From Candidatus Latescibacterota bacterium (lineage in GTDB: Bacteria > Latescibacterota > UBA2968 > GCA-2709665): a stretch of 64,000 nt of DNA. A program made the translations under genes and the position numbers. The notes beneath the pieces were generated by a model. The model was not told the DNA's origin, made no database searches, and saw nothing but the letters and a program-made list of their open reading frames with translations. Shown here piece after piece: positions 49,065 to 59,085 of this stretch. Positions within the stretch are counted from its first letter, which is position 1; each line of letters begins with the position of its first letter. The DNA is taken from assembly GCA_963667175.2 (NCBI GenBank), contig CAXXXF010000013.1, forward strand, positions 176,705-240,704, in the 5' to 3' direction.

Positions 49065-50423
49065 ATGGAACCTCACGGACGGGCGAACCTGAAGACGACT
49101 GGCGCGGTTCCACCCGGGGAACCGGATTTTGAAAACCTTCCTGGCGCCTGCAACGGCATCATATTCAGGGTCCTCGTCCTGAGTGTGTGTCTGTTGGGCG
49201 CCCCTTCGAATGCGGTTGCGAACAAGCTGCTCATTCCCATGGATCTCGAGCAGACGAATCACCTCAAGGCCTATGGTCTGGCCTACTGGGCGCTTCAGCA
49301 AAGCTTCGTGGTGGAGTGGTTGCTCAATTACCGGGGCGGCGCCTTCTTGTTGGACTATGTCGAATCGGCGGCCGGGGAAGCCCGTCTGCGCGACGTCGAC
49401 TACGAGCGCGTCTCGGGAGCCGATGCCGCACGCATTTACGCGGAGATCGAACAGGGAAACATGAATGCCGTCCGCCTGGAGAAGGCGCCGAAGATCGCAG
49501 TATATACGCCACCCAACAAACAGCCCTGGGACGACGCCGTCACGCTGGCGCTATCGTACGCCGAAATCCCGTACGACGTCCTCTGGGACGAGGAAGTGCT
49601 GGCGGGGAAGCTTGCCGAGTACGACTGGCTGCATCTTCATCACGAGGATTTCACCGGTCAGTACGGAAAATTCTACCGGAGCCATGGCCATGAACTCTGG
49701 TACCGGCGCCAGCAGGCCCAGTTCGAAAGTCTTGCCATCCGCCTCGGTTTCAAGAAGGTCTCCACGGAAAAAGGCGCCGTTGCCCAGGCCATTCTGGCGT
49801 ACATTTCCGATGGCGGGTTCATGTTTGCAATGTGTTCCGCGACCGATACCTTCGATATTGCGCTGGCTGCTACCGGTGTCGACATTGTGGATACCGTCTA
49901 CGACGGCGACCCGCCCCACCCTCAGGCGCAGTCCAGACTGGACTTTTCGAGGACGCTCGCCTTCGAGAACTTCTCCCTGGTCTCGGACCCGATGGAATAT
50001 GAGCACGCGGACATCGACGTCTCGCCCACCACCGGCGCGCGGCTTATGGGCCCCGACGCCGACGCGTTCACCCTGTTTGAATTCTCGGCAAAATTCGATC
50101 CCGTGCCCGCCATGCTCACCCAGAACCACGTGCCCGTCGTCCGCGGTTTTCTGGGCCAGACCACGGCATTTCGCAGGAATCGAATCAAGAAGTCCGTCAC
50201 CATTATGGGCGAGGTCAGCGGTACGGATCAGGTGAAGTACATCCACGGAAACGTAGGCCGCGGCACGTTTACCTTTTACGCCGGGCACGATCCGGAAGAC
50301 TATCGCCACTTCGTGGGAGACCCCCCCACCCAGCTCGCGCTGCGTCGAAACTCGCCCGGGTATCGACTGATTCTGAACAACATCCTGTTCCCCGCGGCGA
50401 AAAAACAGAAACGGAAAACGTGA
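49065..50423 (+). CDS. Conserved secreted protein (often labelled 'asparagine synthetase B'; function unknown)
   Basis: LIPMD..QTNHLKAYG, WLLNYRGG, PWDDAV, YDWLHLHHEDFTGQYGKFY and GHDPEDY. True start may lie downstream. Confidence 0.7.
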   Translation: MEPHGRANLKTTGAVPPGEPDFENLPGACNGIIFRVLVLSVCLLGAPSNAVANKLLIPMDLEQTNHLKAYGLAYWALQQSFVVEWLLNYRGGAFLLDYVESAAGEARLRDVDYERVSGADAARIYAEIEQGNMNAVRLEKAPKIAVYTPPNKQPWDDAVTLALSYAEIPYDVLWDEEVLAGKLAEYDWLHLHHEDFTGQYGKFYRSHGHELWYRRQQAQFESLAIRLGFKKVSTEKGAVAQAILAYISDGGFMFAMCSATDTFDIALAATGVDIVDTVYDGDPPHPQAQSRLDFSRTLAFENFSLVSDPMEYEHADIDVSPTTGARLMGPDADAFTLFEFSAKFDPVPAMLTQNHVPVVRGFLGQTTAFRRNRIKKSVTIMGEVSGTDQVKYIHGNVGRGTFTFYAGHDPEDYRHFVGDPPTQLALRRNSPGYRLILNNILFPAAKKQKRKT

Positions 50424-50491
50424 ACGCGACCCCGTCATCCGGAAACGTCCGCGACCAGGGTTCATCCCGCACCGCGAAGGAATGCCCGCCC

Positions 50492-51487
<996 letters not shown>

Positions 51488-51508
51488 CACCACAGGCTCA
51501 CCGCGTCC

Positions 51509-52405
51509 ATGTCCGATTTCCGCACCTATCTCCAGCCCGAAGTCGTCGCCCGCCTGTCCGGCCTCGACCTGGTCGCCCGCCTCGTGGTCGAGGGATTCAT
51601 CACGGGCCTGCATCAGAGTCCGTACCACGGATTCTCGGTTGAGTTCTCCGAGTATCGTCAGTATATACCGGGTGACCCGCCGCGCAACGTCGACTGGAAG
51701 GTCTTCGGCAAAACCGACAGGCTTTACGTGAAACAATTCGAAGAAGAAACCAACCTCAAGGCCTACATCCTGCTGGACGCAAGCGCGTCAATGGCCTATG
51801 GATCGAGCGCCGTCACGAAATTTCAGTACGCAACCTTTACCGCGGCGGCGCTGTCGTACCTGATGCTGCGCCAGCGGGACGCGGTCGGTCTGGTGTCCTT
51901 CGATCGCGGGATCCGATCCTACCTGCCGCCAAGGTCCGCGGGGACCCATCTGCCCGCCCTGCTTGAAACGCTTCAGAGTACCGATCCGAAAGGCGAAGAC
52001 ACAGACCTGGCCACAACCTTCCACAGCCTTGCCGAACGCATTGTTCGCCGGGGCCTCATCGTGGTTCTGTCCGATCTGATGGACGACCCGCGTTCACTGC
52101 TTTCCGGCCTGAAACACTTCCGTCACCGCAAGCACGAAGTCATCGTCTTCCACGTACTGGACCCGAGGGAACGGGACCTCGATTTCGGTCGGGAAACTCG
52201 ATTCGTCGACCTCGAATCCGGCGCTTCCGTGACCACCGAGCCCTGGCATATCGCAACCGATTACAGGGACCGCATGGACGCCCTCACCGCGCAATTCGGC
52301 CTCGAATGCCGGGAAAGCCTCATCGACTACGTGCTGTTGGATACTGCCAGGCCCTTCGATACGGTGCTGTTCAATTATCTTGCCAAGCGCAAACGCCTGA
52401 TGTAA
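51509..52405 (+). CDS. DUF58-domain protein
   Basis: GLHQSP, EFSEYRQY.PGD, DWK, EEETN and DASASM. Confidence 0.9.
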   Translation: MSDFRTYLQPEVVARLSGLDLVARLVVEGFITGLHQSPYHGFSVEFSEYRQYIPGDPPRNVDWKVFGKTDRLYVKQFEEETNLKAYILLDASASMAYGSSAVTKFQYATFTAAALSYLMLRQRDAVGLVSFDRGIRSYLPPRSAGTHLPALLETLQSTDPKGEDTDLATTFHSLAERIVRRGLIVVLSDLMDDPRSLLSGLKHFRHRKHEVIVFHVLDPRERDLDFGRETRFVDLESGASVTTEPWHIATDYRDRMDALTAQFGLECRESLIDYVLLDTARPFDTVLFNYLAKRKRLM

Positions 52406-52451
52406 AGCAGAACTGCAGCTTACGGCCGATTCCAACGATTGAGAGGACCCC

Positions 52452-53492
52452 ATGGAAAGCGTTCGCGTGGGCATCGTCGGCGCGGGGAAAATGGGGCGTA
52501 CGCATATAGACGCCCTGAGAGACGTGGCGCAGGGAAAAGCCGTTGCCGTGAACGACCCGGCCCGCCTGCCTGGAGTCGGTCCCGGCCTCGCCTGCGAATA
52601 CGGCCTGGACTACGAGGAAAGCCTGGAATCTCTGGTTTCCAGAGACGATATTCACGCGGTTATCGTAACCACGCCACACGCCATGCATGCGGAACACGCC
52701 ATCGCCGCGCTCGAAGCGGGCAAGCACGTCCTCGTGGAAAAACCGTTGGAAATTACGCTGGAGAAGTGCGACGCCATCATTCGGGCAGCAGACCGCATGG
52801 GCAGCAAACTCATGGTCGCACAGAGCCACCGGTACTGGGAAGGCGACGCGATATCCAAACGCCTGCTGGACGAAGGCGCCATCGGCCGGCTTCTGATGTG
52901 CCGGGACACCCTCGCCACGCCCGGGTACCGCAAGCCCAATCCCGACCGGGCATGGTTTACAGACCTGGATCTCTACGGCCCGGGCGGCCTGATCGGGTGG
53001 GGCGTACACAATATCGACCGTTTGCGCTGGTGGTTCGAAAGCGATGCCGACTATGTTTTCGCCCGGTCCTATTCGCTACGTACGGAAGTGCCCGGCGACG
53101 TCACGTCCAACATGGTGATGATTGGCTTCCGGAACGGCGGCAGCGCTCATCTCATCTACTCCGAAGCCCTTCCCCCGCCGGGCTGGAGGGGCTTCAGTTG
53201 TGCCGCGGAACTCGTCGGTGACAGGGGCCTGATGGAGGTGGATCCCTACAATAAAGTCAGGGTCGCCCGCGACGGCGCGTCGAAATGGGAAACCGTGTAC
53301 GACCACGCGGCGGTGGACGATCCCCGGCAGAAAGCGTTTGCCGACGAGGTGCGGGATTTTATCGACTGTATCGTTAACGACACCGTTCCTCCGGTTACCG
53401 GGGAAGACGGCCGGGCTGCGGTCGAGATCGCCCTGGCCGCTTACCGATCGTCGCAGACCGGTGAGGCGATAAGGCTGCCGCTGGAAGATTGA
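52452..53492 (+). CDS. Gfo/Idh/MocA oxidoreductase
   Basis: GIVGAGKMG, GKHVLVEKP, GGLI..GVH.ID and AAYRS. Confidence 0.9.
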   Translation: MESVRVGIVGAGKMGRTHIDALRDVAQGKAVAVNDPARLPGVGPGLACEYGLDYEESLESLVSRDDIHAVIVTTPHAMHAEHAIAALEAGKHVLVEKPLEITLEKCDAIIRAADRMGSKLMVAQSHRYWEGDAISKRLLDEGAIGRLLMCRDTLATPGYRKPNPDRAWFTDLDLYGPGGLIGWGVHNIDRLRWWFESDADYVFARSYSLRTEVPGDVTSNMVMIGFRNGGSAHLIYSEALPPPGWRGFSCAAELVGDRGLMEVDPYNKVRVARDGASKWETVYDHAAVDDPRQKAFADEVRDFIDCIVNDTVPPVTGEDGRAAVEIALAAYRSSQTGEAIRLPLED

Positions 53493-53494
53493 CG

Positions 53495-55693
53495 ATGAAT
53501 TCCTTTCTCAGAGATCTCGCGTTCGAGCTTCGCGCCGACCTGCGGTCAGCGAAAGCGGTTCCGGCACTGACGGCCGGATTTACGGCGGGCCTGGGGCTGC
53601 TGGTTGCCCAGGTGGCCTTCGCGAGCTTTATCTTCTCGGGACCTCTGGCGTCCTATTCCTCGCAGGGCGTCGGGCTGGTGCTGTTCGGGAATTTCGCCGC
53701 GTGTCTGTTCATCGCCCTCGGGGGCGGGTACCGCGGCGCCATTGCCGGATTGTCTCCCGTCCTGGTCGTCGTGATGGCTGCGGTCGGATCCACGATGGAT
53801 GCCGAGGGCCACGCGCTTTTCGTCACGACGTCGGTCGCGCTCAACCTGACCGCGGTGGTCACGGGCGCGGGCTGTCTCATCATCGGGCGCTTCCGGCTCG
53901 CAAACCTGATGCGCTTTATCCCCTATCCGGTGGCGGGTGGATTCGTGGCCGGAATCGGTGGAGCCGTATGCCTCGCCGCGATGTCGCTGATGGGTTCTAA
54001 ACCGGACTGGCAAGCGATTCCCGCGCTCTTCGACCCATCCACGTTCTGGAGATGGAGCCCGGGCGCGGTGTATGGGGTCGCTCTGTATCTCGCGATGAAG
54101 CGCTGGGCGAACCCGCTGATCCTGCCGGTGAGCGTCGCGCTTGCCGTAGTCGCGTTCCATTTCGCGCTCGCCAGCCTCGGCATTTCGGGCGAGACGGCGC
54201 GTGCGGAGGGCCTGCTGCTCAGCAGAACGACGGACGGGAACCTGTGGCCGGCCGTGTATCCGGCCGACCTGGCACACGTGCAATGGTCCTCCATGGCCAG
54301 ACAGGCCCCCCACATGTTGACGCTGATTCTGGTTGCCTTCATTGCCGTGGTGATGAATTTCGCCGGCCTGGAACTGGCAGTGAATCAGGAGTTGGACTGG
54401 GACCGGGAGTTCCGGGTGACGGGCGTCGCGAGTATGGTCGCCGGTCTCGGCGGCGGCACGGTGGCGACGATAGTCGTGCCGGCCTCCCTGCGCAGCAAGT
54501 TGCTTGGGGCCACAACCAGGTTGACCGGAGCGGTCGCCGCGCTGGTGATCGGGGGGGCATTGCTTCTTGGTGACGCGATGCTGGAATTCGTTCCTGCGCC
54601 GCTCGTCGGCGGAATCCTGGTCTTTGCCGGCGTGGGCTTGCTGGACCAGGGTCTCGTGGCAAGCCGCAGGCGGCTCCCGTGGTCTGAATACGGCATCATT
54701 CTGCTGATCTTCGTTGTGATCACGTCTTTCGGTATGATCGAGGGCGTGGGCGTCGGGATGCTCGCCACACTGGTATTCTTCGCCTTGCGCCTCAGCCGCG
54801 TAGACCCGATCGAATCGCAGTTCACCGCGCGCGAACGGAGGAGCAACAGGGTCCGTCCCGTCCCCGATCGCGCCATCCTGATGGAAGAAGGGGAGCGGGC
54901 GCGGGCCTACCGACTGCGGGGCTACATCTTCTTCGGTAGCGTGTGCCCTCTCGTTGACCGTCTCAGGAAGTCCCTGAAAGGCGATTCGCGACCCGTATGC
55001 CTGATACTGGACTTCAGCGCCGTTTCCGGATTCGACTATTCGGCGGTTAACGTCCTGAGCAGGTTTCTGCAGGCGGCAAACGCGTCCGGCGTACGTGTTG
55101 TACTCAGCGGATTATCCATAGGTTTGCAGACCGGGCTGGAACACAACCTTCCGCCCGTCGTATTTGCCGGGATTCAGGTTGAGCCGGATGCGGATCGCGC
55201 ACTCGAGCGCGGGGAGGAGATCCTCCTGTCTGCCTGGAAGGCGGACGACGACAGGACCGAGGTGCGGCGCGCCTCTCTGCTGGAACACGCAGCCGAAGAC
55301 CTCGAGCGCTACCTGGCGCGCCAGATCGATTTCGAAAGCCTTACGGAGCAACTGAGGAGGTGGTTGGACCCTCGTCAATATTCTGCCGGCGAGGCCCTCG
55401 CAGGACAGGACAGGCCGCAAGGCGGTCTGCAACTGCTGCTTTCCGGCAGGGCCACCGGGTACGATTCCGCCGGCGCCCGCCTTTTTCAACTCGGCCCGGG
55501 GGATTCGATCTGGCCGGCGGGCGCGCCCGAGCAGACGGCGGCCCTGATCGTTGCGGACCAACCCTGCCGAACCCTGGTGCTGACGCCGGTTGATCTGGGC
55601 AGGCTGGAGGAGAAGGAGCAGAAGCTTACCCTCAAGCTGTATCGATACCTGCTCGCCGGGCGTCTGCGGGTTGAGTTGGGAACGGAGCGATAG
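53495..55693 (+). CDS. SulP-family anion transporter with STAS and degenerate cNMP-binding domains
   Basis: RFIPYPVAGGF, multiple TMs, LRGYIFFGS and LDFSAVSGFDYSA (STAS), plus a C-terminal cNMP-like segment. Confidence 0.85.
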   Translation: MNSFLRDLAFELRADLRSAKAVPALTAGFTAGLGLLVAQVAFASFIFSGPLASYSSQGVGLVLFGNFAACLFIALGGGYRGAIAGLSPVLVVVMAAVGSTMDAEGHALFVTTSVALNLTAVVTGAGCLIIGRFRLANLMRFIPYPVAGGFVAGIGGAVCLAAMSLMGSKPDWQAIPALFDPSTFWRWSPGAVYGVALYLAMKRWANPLILPVSVALAVVAFHFALASLGISGETARAEGLLLSRTTDGNLWPAVYPADLAHVQWSSMARQAPHMLTLILVAFIAVVMNFAGLELAVNQELDWDREFRVTGVASMVAGLGGGTVATIVVPASLRSKLLGATTRLTGAVAALVIGGALLLGDAMLEFVPAPLVGGILVFAGVGLLDQGLVASRRRLPWSEYGIILLIFVVITSFGMIEGVGVGMLATLVFFALRLSRVDPIESQFTARERRSNRVRPVPDRAILMEEGERARAYRLRGYIFFGSVCPLVDRLRKSLKGDSRPVCLILDFSAVSGFDYSAVNVLSRFLQAANASGVRVVLSGLSIGLQTGLEHNLPPVVFAGIQVEPDADRALERGEEILLSAWKADDDRTEVRRASLLEHAAEDLERYLARQIDFESLTEQLRRWLDPRQYSAGEALAGQDRPQGGLQLLLSGRATGYDSAGARLFQLGPGDSIWPAGAPEQTAALIVADQPCRTLVLTPVDLGRLEEKEQKLTLKLYRYLLAGRLRVELGTER

Positions 55694-55694
55694 C

Positions 55695-56435
55695 ATGGGT
55701 ACTCGGGTAGTTGGAATCGAAATGACCCCTCTCGATTACGGCCGTTCGTTCCTCATTGGAAAGGGGGCCGCCAACGAGGTGCGTTTCTGGATCGAGTCAC
55801 GCACCCGCGTCATCGACGAGGTCGAGGGGAACAGCGAGGACTTCTACCAGACCGCCTCATGCAAGAGCGAAAACACGTTTCAGGAAAGGGACCTGTTCAA
55901 ACGCGACAATTACGATTACCTCCCGATCTTCAGCGCACGTTACGGACTCATCTTCCGCCGTCACGCCCGATTGAGTCACCGTTACCGTGATACGCGAGTG
56001 TACGAGGAGATGTTCGGCGGCTACGACCTTCACCTGGTCGAGGGTGGCAAGATTCTCGAATTGCCGTCGAACGCGGCCATCCGCGAGGAAACGTACCGGT
56101 TCGCGCCTCTGGTCTCGCAGACCGAAATCCACAACGAGGACACCGGTCTCAGGGCCGTCATCGAATGTCCGGTGAAGACCATGAACACCCGCCGCGAAGG
56201 CGATCTCTATCAGGTGGATACCGGTCCGATCGCCTTTCCGGACCTCTCGAAGCGGCGCGAACGGCTCGTCGACTGCCTGTCGCTGGCCTTCGTGGCCTTC
56301 AACGCGCCGCACTTCGCCGATTTCGTCATCGAGGCGCCCACCCCCGTGGATCCAGAAAATTCCGATCTGAAAGTCCACCACTATTCGAAGATCGTCAGCC
56401 TCCCGGCGCGCAACCGCCTGTTCGCGGTGGAGTAG
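55695..56435 (+). CDS. Conserved hypothetical protein
   Basis: Long ORF with coding-like codon pattern, directly following SulP. Contains ASCKSENTF, IECPVKTMN and YQVDTGP. No family recognised. Confidence 0.6.
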   Translation: MGTRVVGIEMTPLDYGRSFLIGKGAANEVRFWIESRTRVIDEVEGNSEDFYQTASCKSENTFQERDLFKRDNYDYLPIFSARYGLIFRRHARLSHRYRDTRVYEEMFGGYDLHLVEGGKILELPSNAAIREETYRFAPLVSQTEIHNEDTGLRAVIECPVKTMNTRREGDLYQVDTGPIAFPDLSKRRERLVDCLSLAFVAFNAPHFADFVIEAPTPVDPENSDLKVHHYSKIVSLPARNRLFAVE

Positions 56436-56809
56436 AATGTGGCCGGTCCATATAGATTCAGCGTACGAGGACGATCCCCGAGTTCAATTGAAATAGCCGG
56501 CGGGACCGAATCTCCCCAACCGTCCGTATTGCGATCACCGGTCAGAATGGTGAGTGAAACGTAGCTGAGCCGGCACAATCATTGCCTGTGTGATGCTCCT
56601 TGACAGAGAATCTGAAAAGGGGCATTTATTATATCAGGTACATACATCCGGTTGAGACCGGGATGAATGGCCAACGGGATCGAATTCCCGGGTTGGACGG
56701 TATCGCAGGTAGCCGGTCGTTCGTGCCAAAAACCTATCCTGGCTTCGCTCTGTTCAGCCGCAACCAAATCGATTGAATTGAACGTCTGAGACCGTTTGAC
56801 GTTGCAATC

Positions 56810-56942
56810 ACTCCCCCCTTGAGGGGGAGTCGCCTGCCTGCGCCAAGCGGAGCGCCTGCCTGCCGCGGGAAGCGCAGCGGCGCAGGCAGGCGGCAGGCAG
56901 GCAGAAGCCGAGCCGTCAGGCGGCGGCTGATGCGGTGGGGGG
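56810..56942. repeat. REP-like palindromic repeat carrying two nested CCTGCCTGC...GCAGGCAGG mini-elements
   Basis: ACTCCCCC-CTTGA-GGGGGAGT hairpin and a G-rich end. Outer 33-bp unit at 56833-56901 is interrupted by an inner 36-bp unit at 56855-56890. Confidence 0.75.
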
Positions 56943-57099
56943 ATTCCAACGCGTTAACATGAGCAAACTGCACGAATAAACATGCACGCATTTTGCGTAG
57001 AAGCCTTAACTGTAAGATTCTCACGCTTTTGCCAAGAAACAAGCCGCAAGATGGTCCGACTCACGTAAAGTCGGCAATCGGATTGAAAGGGCTGTACCC

Positions 57100-58392
57100 A
57101 TGATTACTGAAATCGAAATCGGGGGTTACCGGCTACTCGACGACTTCAAGGCCGATTTCAAGCCGCTGACGGTGGTGATTGGTGCGAATGCCGTGGGAAA
57201 GAGTACGCTAATTGATTGTTTGCAGCTGATAGGCGAATGCTGTGAAGTACCGCTGAATACCGCGTTCGGGTGGCACTATGGAGCCGCTTCCATTTTAACC
57301 TCGGGCAATGAGAATATGCGCATGAACTGGAATATCACTTTTCGCAATCCGGCTAAGTCGGATGCTTTACCACTGCGACTCGGGGAATCTCTAGTATACG
57401 AGGTTGTTCTCCGGGCCGACCAACATGGCCAGATCCATCCACAATACGAGGTATTCAGGACTCAAGAGCCGCGACAGGGGCACGCCAATCCTCTTAAGTT
57501 TCTGGAGGTGACCCCGTATCGGCGTCACATATTTGACAGGAAACAACGACAGTTTATCCCATTTGATGAAACGCAAACAGCAAATGATGTCGTCAATGAG
57601 CCTGATTCACAAGAAATCGAAGCGATGCGCAATCCGGACCAACCGGCAAAACAGGAGCCGGCATTGCTACTGTCACAGATTCGATTCTTCAATGAGTTTC
57701 CCGTTGCTTCCTGGGTGCGTTTCTTATTTACAAATATGGCGTTCTATCCGGGTTTCGATGTGACACGGTCGTCCAAGCTCCGTACCGGAGCTGTGGATAT
57801 CAAGCCTATTACGACGTTATCGGCCAACGGCGACAACCTTGGTACCGTACTGCACGAGATTCTGACACGATATGACTACCGTTCCGCTGCTGAGGAGTTG
57901 CGGGAGTTTCTTCGCGCAGCCTATCCTGCATTTGAAGAGATCCATTGCGACACTACATTCGGAACGCCGCCTCAGGTTCTCGTTCGGATCCGCGAGAAGG
58001 GAATGGCCCGGTCGTTCTTTCTGTGGGAACTTTCTGATGGCATGCTTCGGTTTCTCTGTCTGGCGACAGCTTTGTTGAATCCAAGGCCGGGGATGCTCAT
58101 AGCTATAGACGAACCTGAATTGGGCTTGCATCCTGGATTGTTGCCTGTCGTCGCGGAGATGATCAAAACAGCCGCAGAACGCACGCAGGTGCTTGTGACG
58201 ACCCACAGCCCGGATCTGCTTGACTGTTTTGACATTGAAGACGTTGCGGTGATGGCTCGGGATGACGACAATACAAGGGTCCTCTGGCATCGTCCGGCGA
58301 ACCGCAGTACGCTTGTGGAAATGCTTAAGAACGTAACGGGTGAAACCCTTGGAGACCTTCATCGCTCAGGCGAATTGGAGGCAGGCGCATGA
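57100..58392 (+). CDS. ABC-type AAA ATPase (AAA_15/AAA_21 family)
   Basis: GANAVGKST, LSDG signature, IDEPELGLHP and VTTHS. Confidence 0.9.
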   Translation: MITEIEIGGYRLLDDFKADFKPLTVVIGANAVGKSTLIDCLQLIGECCEVPLNTAFGWHYGAASILTSGNENMRMNWNITFRNPAKSDALPLRLGESLVYEVVLRADQHGQIHPQYEVFRTQEPRQGHANPLKFLEVTPYRRHIFDRKQRQFIPFDETQTANDVVNEPDSQEIEAMRNPDQPAKQEPALLLSQIRFFNEFPVASWVRFLFTNMAFYPGFDVTRSSKLRTGAVDIKPITTLSANGDNLGTVLHEILTRYDYRSAAEELREFLRAAYPAFEEIHCDTTFGTPPQVLVRIREKGMARSFFLWELSDGMLRFLCLATALLNPRPGMLIAIDEPELGLHPGLLPVVAEMIKTAAERTQVLVTTHSPDLLDCFDIEDVAVMARDDDNTRVLWHRPANRSTLVEMLKNVTGETLGDLHRSGELEAGA

Positions 58393-59051
58393 AGGTGTGG
58401 ATTTACGTGGAAGGAAAGTCGGACGCTGAGGGACTGAAGGCATTGTGGGGCGGATGGATGCGAAGGCTCGGACAACGAGGTTGGGGAATACGATTCGTCC
58501 CTCTCGCAAATAAACAAAAATTCCTCAGAAAAATCACCGCGCGAGCGAGCGAAAAATTGTTGGATGATCCGCGCGATCTTGTTGTGGGCCTTTCAGACCT
58601 ATATCCGATCAAAGGAATTGCTCCGGTATACAAGCACGAGAATTTGACCGAACTGCGCGACATACAGACTCGCCTGGTAGAAAGTGACTTACGGAAGCTG
58701 GCTGCAAGTGCGGGTTATAGCGATAATATAACGCGTTTCTATGCAAGTGCTTTCAAATACGACATGGAAGTCCTGCTTCTTGCAGCGACCGGTCAGCTTC
58801 AGTCCCGCCTCAGAATGGCGAACAAGCCGCGCGGCTGGCGACGACCACCGGAACATCAGAACCAGAACAAGCCACCGAAGAGAGTCGTTGAGGAACTCTT
58901 TCGCACAAGTCTTAAAAGACGATACAATGATATCACGGATAGCGGTGCAATCCTGAAATGCGCGGATCTTCACGACGTCGCAACGCAGTGTCCGACCTTT
59001 CGCGCCATGATTGATTGGATTGGCGAAAAGACGGGCGTGCCCGCGTATTGA
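58389..59051 (+). CDS. DUF4276-like TOPRIM-fold protein
   Basis: IYVEGKSD, DLY, EVLLLA, PE.Q, PPKR, Y....D and CPTF. ATGA overlap with the ATPase. Confidence 0.7.
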   Translation: MKVWIYVEGKSDAEGLKALWGGWMRRLGQRGWGIRFVPLANKQKFLRKITARASEKLLDDPRDLVVGLSDLYPIKGIAPVYKHENLTELRDIQTRLVESDLRKLAASAGYSDNITRFYASAFKYDMEVLLLAATGQLQSRLRMANKPRGWRRPPEHQNQNKPPKRVVEELFRTSLKRRYNDITDSGAILKCADLHDVATQCPTFRAMIDWIGEKTGVPAY

Positions 59052-59085
59052 CTCGCCGTTCGAGTCGTTCAGCACAATAACAGAA

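Noticed and set aside
56833-56901. Possible CRISPR array or simple tandem repeat
   Set aside because: Units are nested inverted repeats without regular spacers, and no cas genes are in the window.
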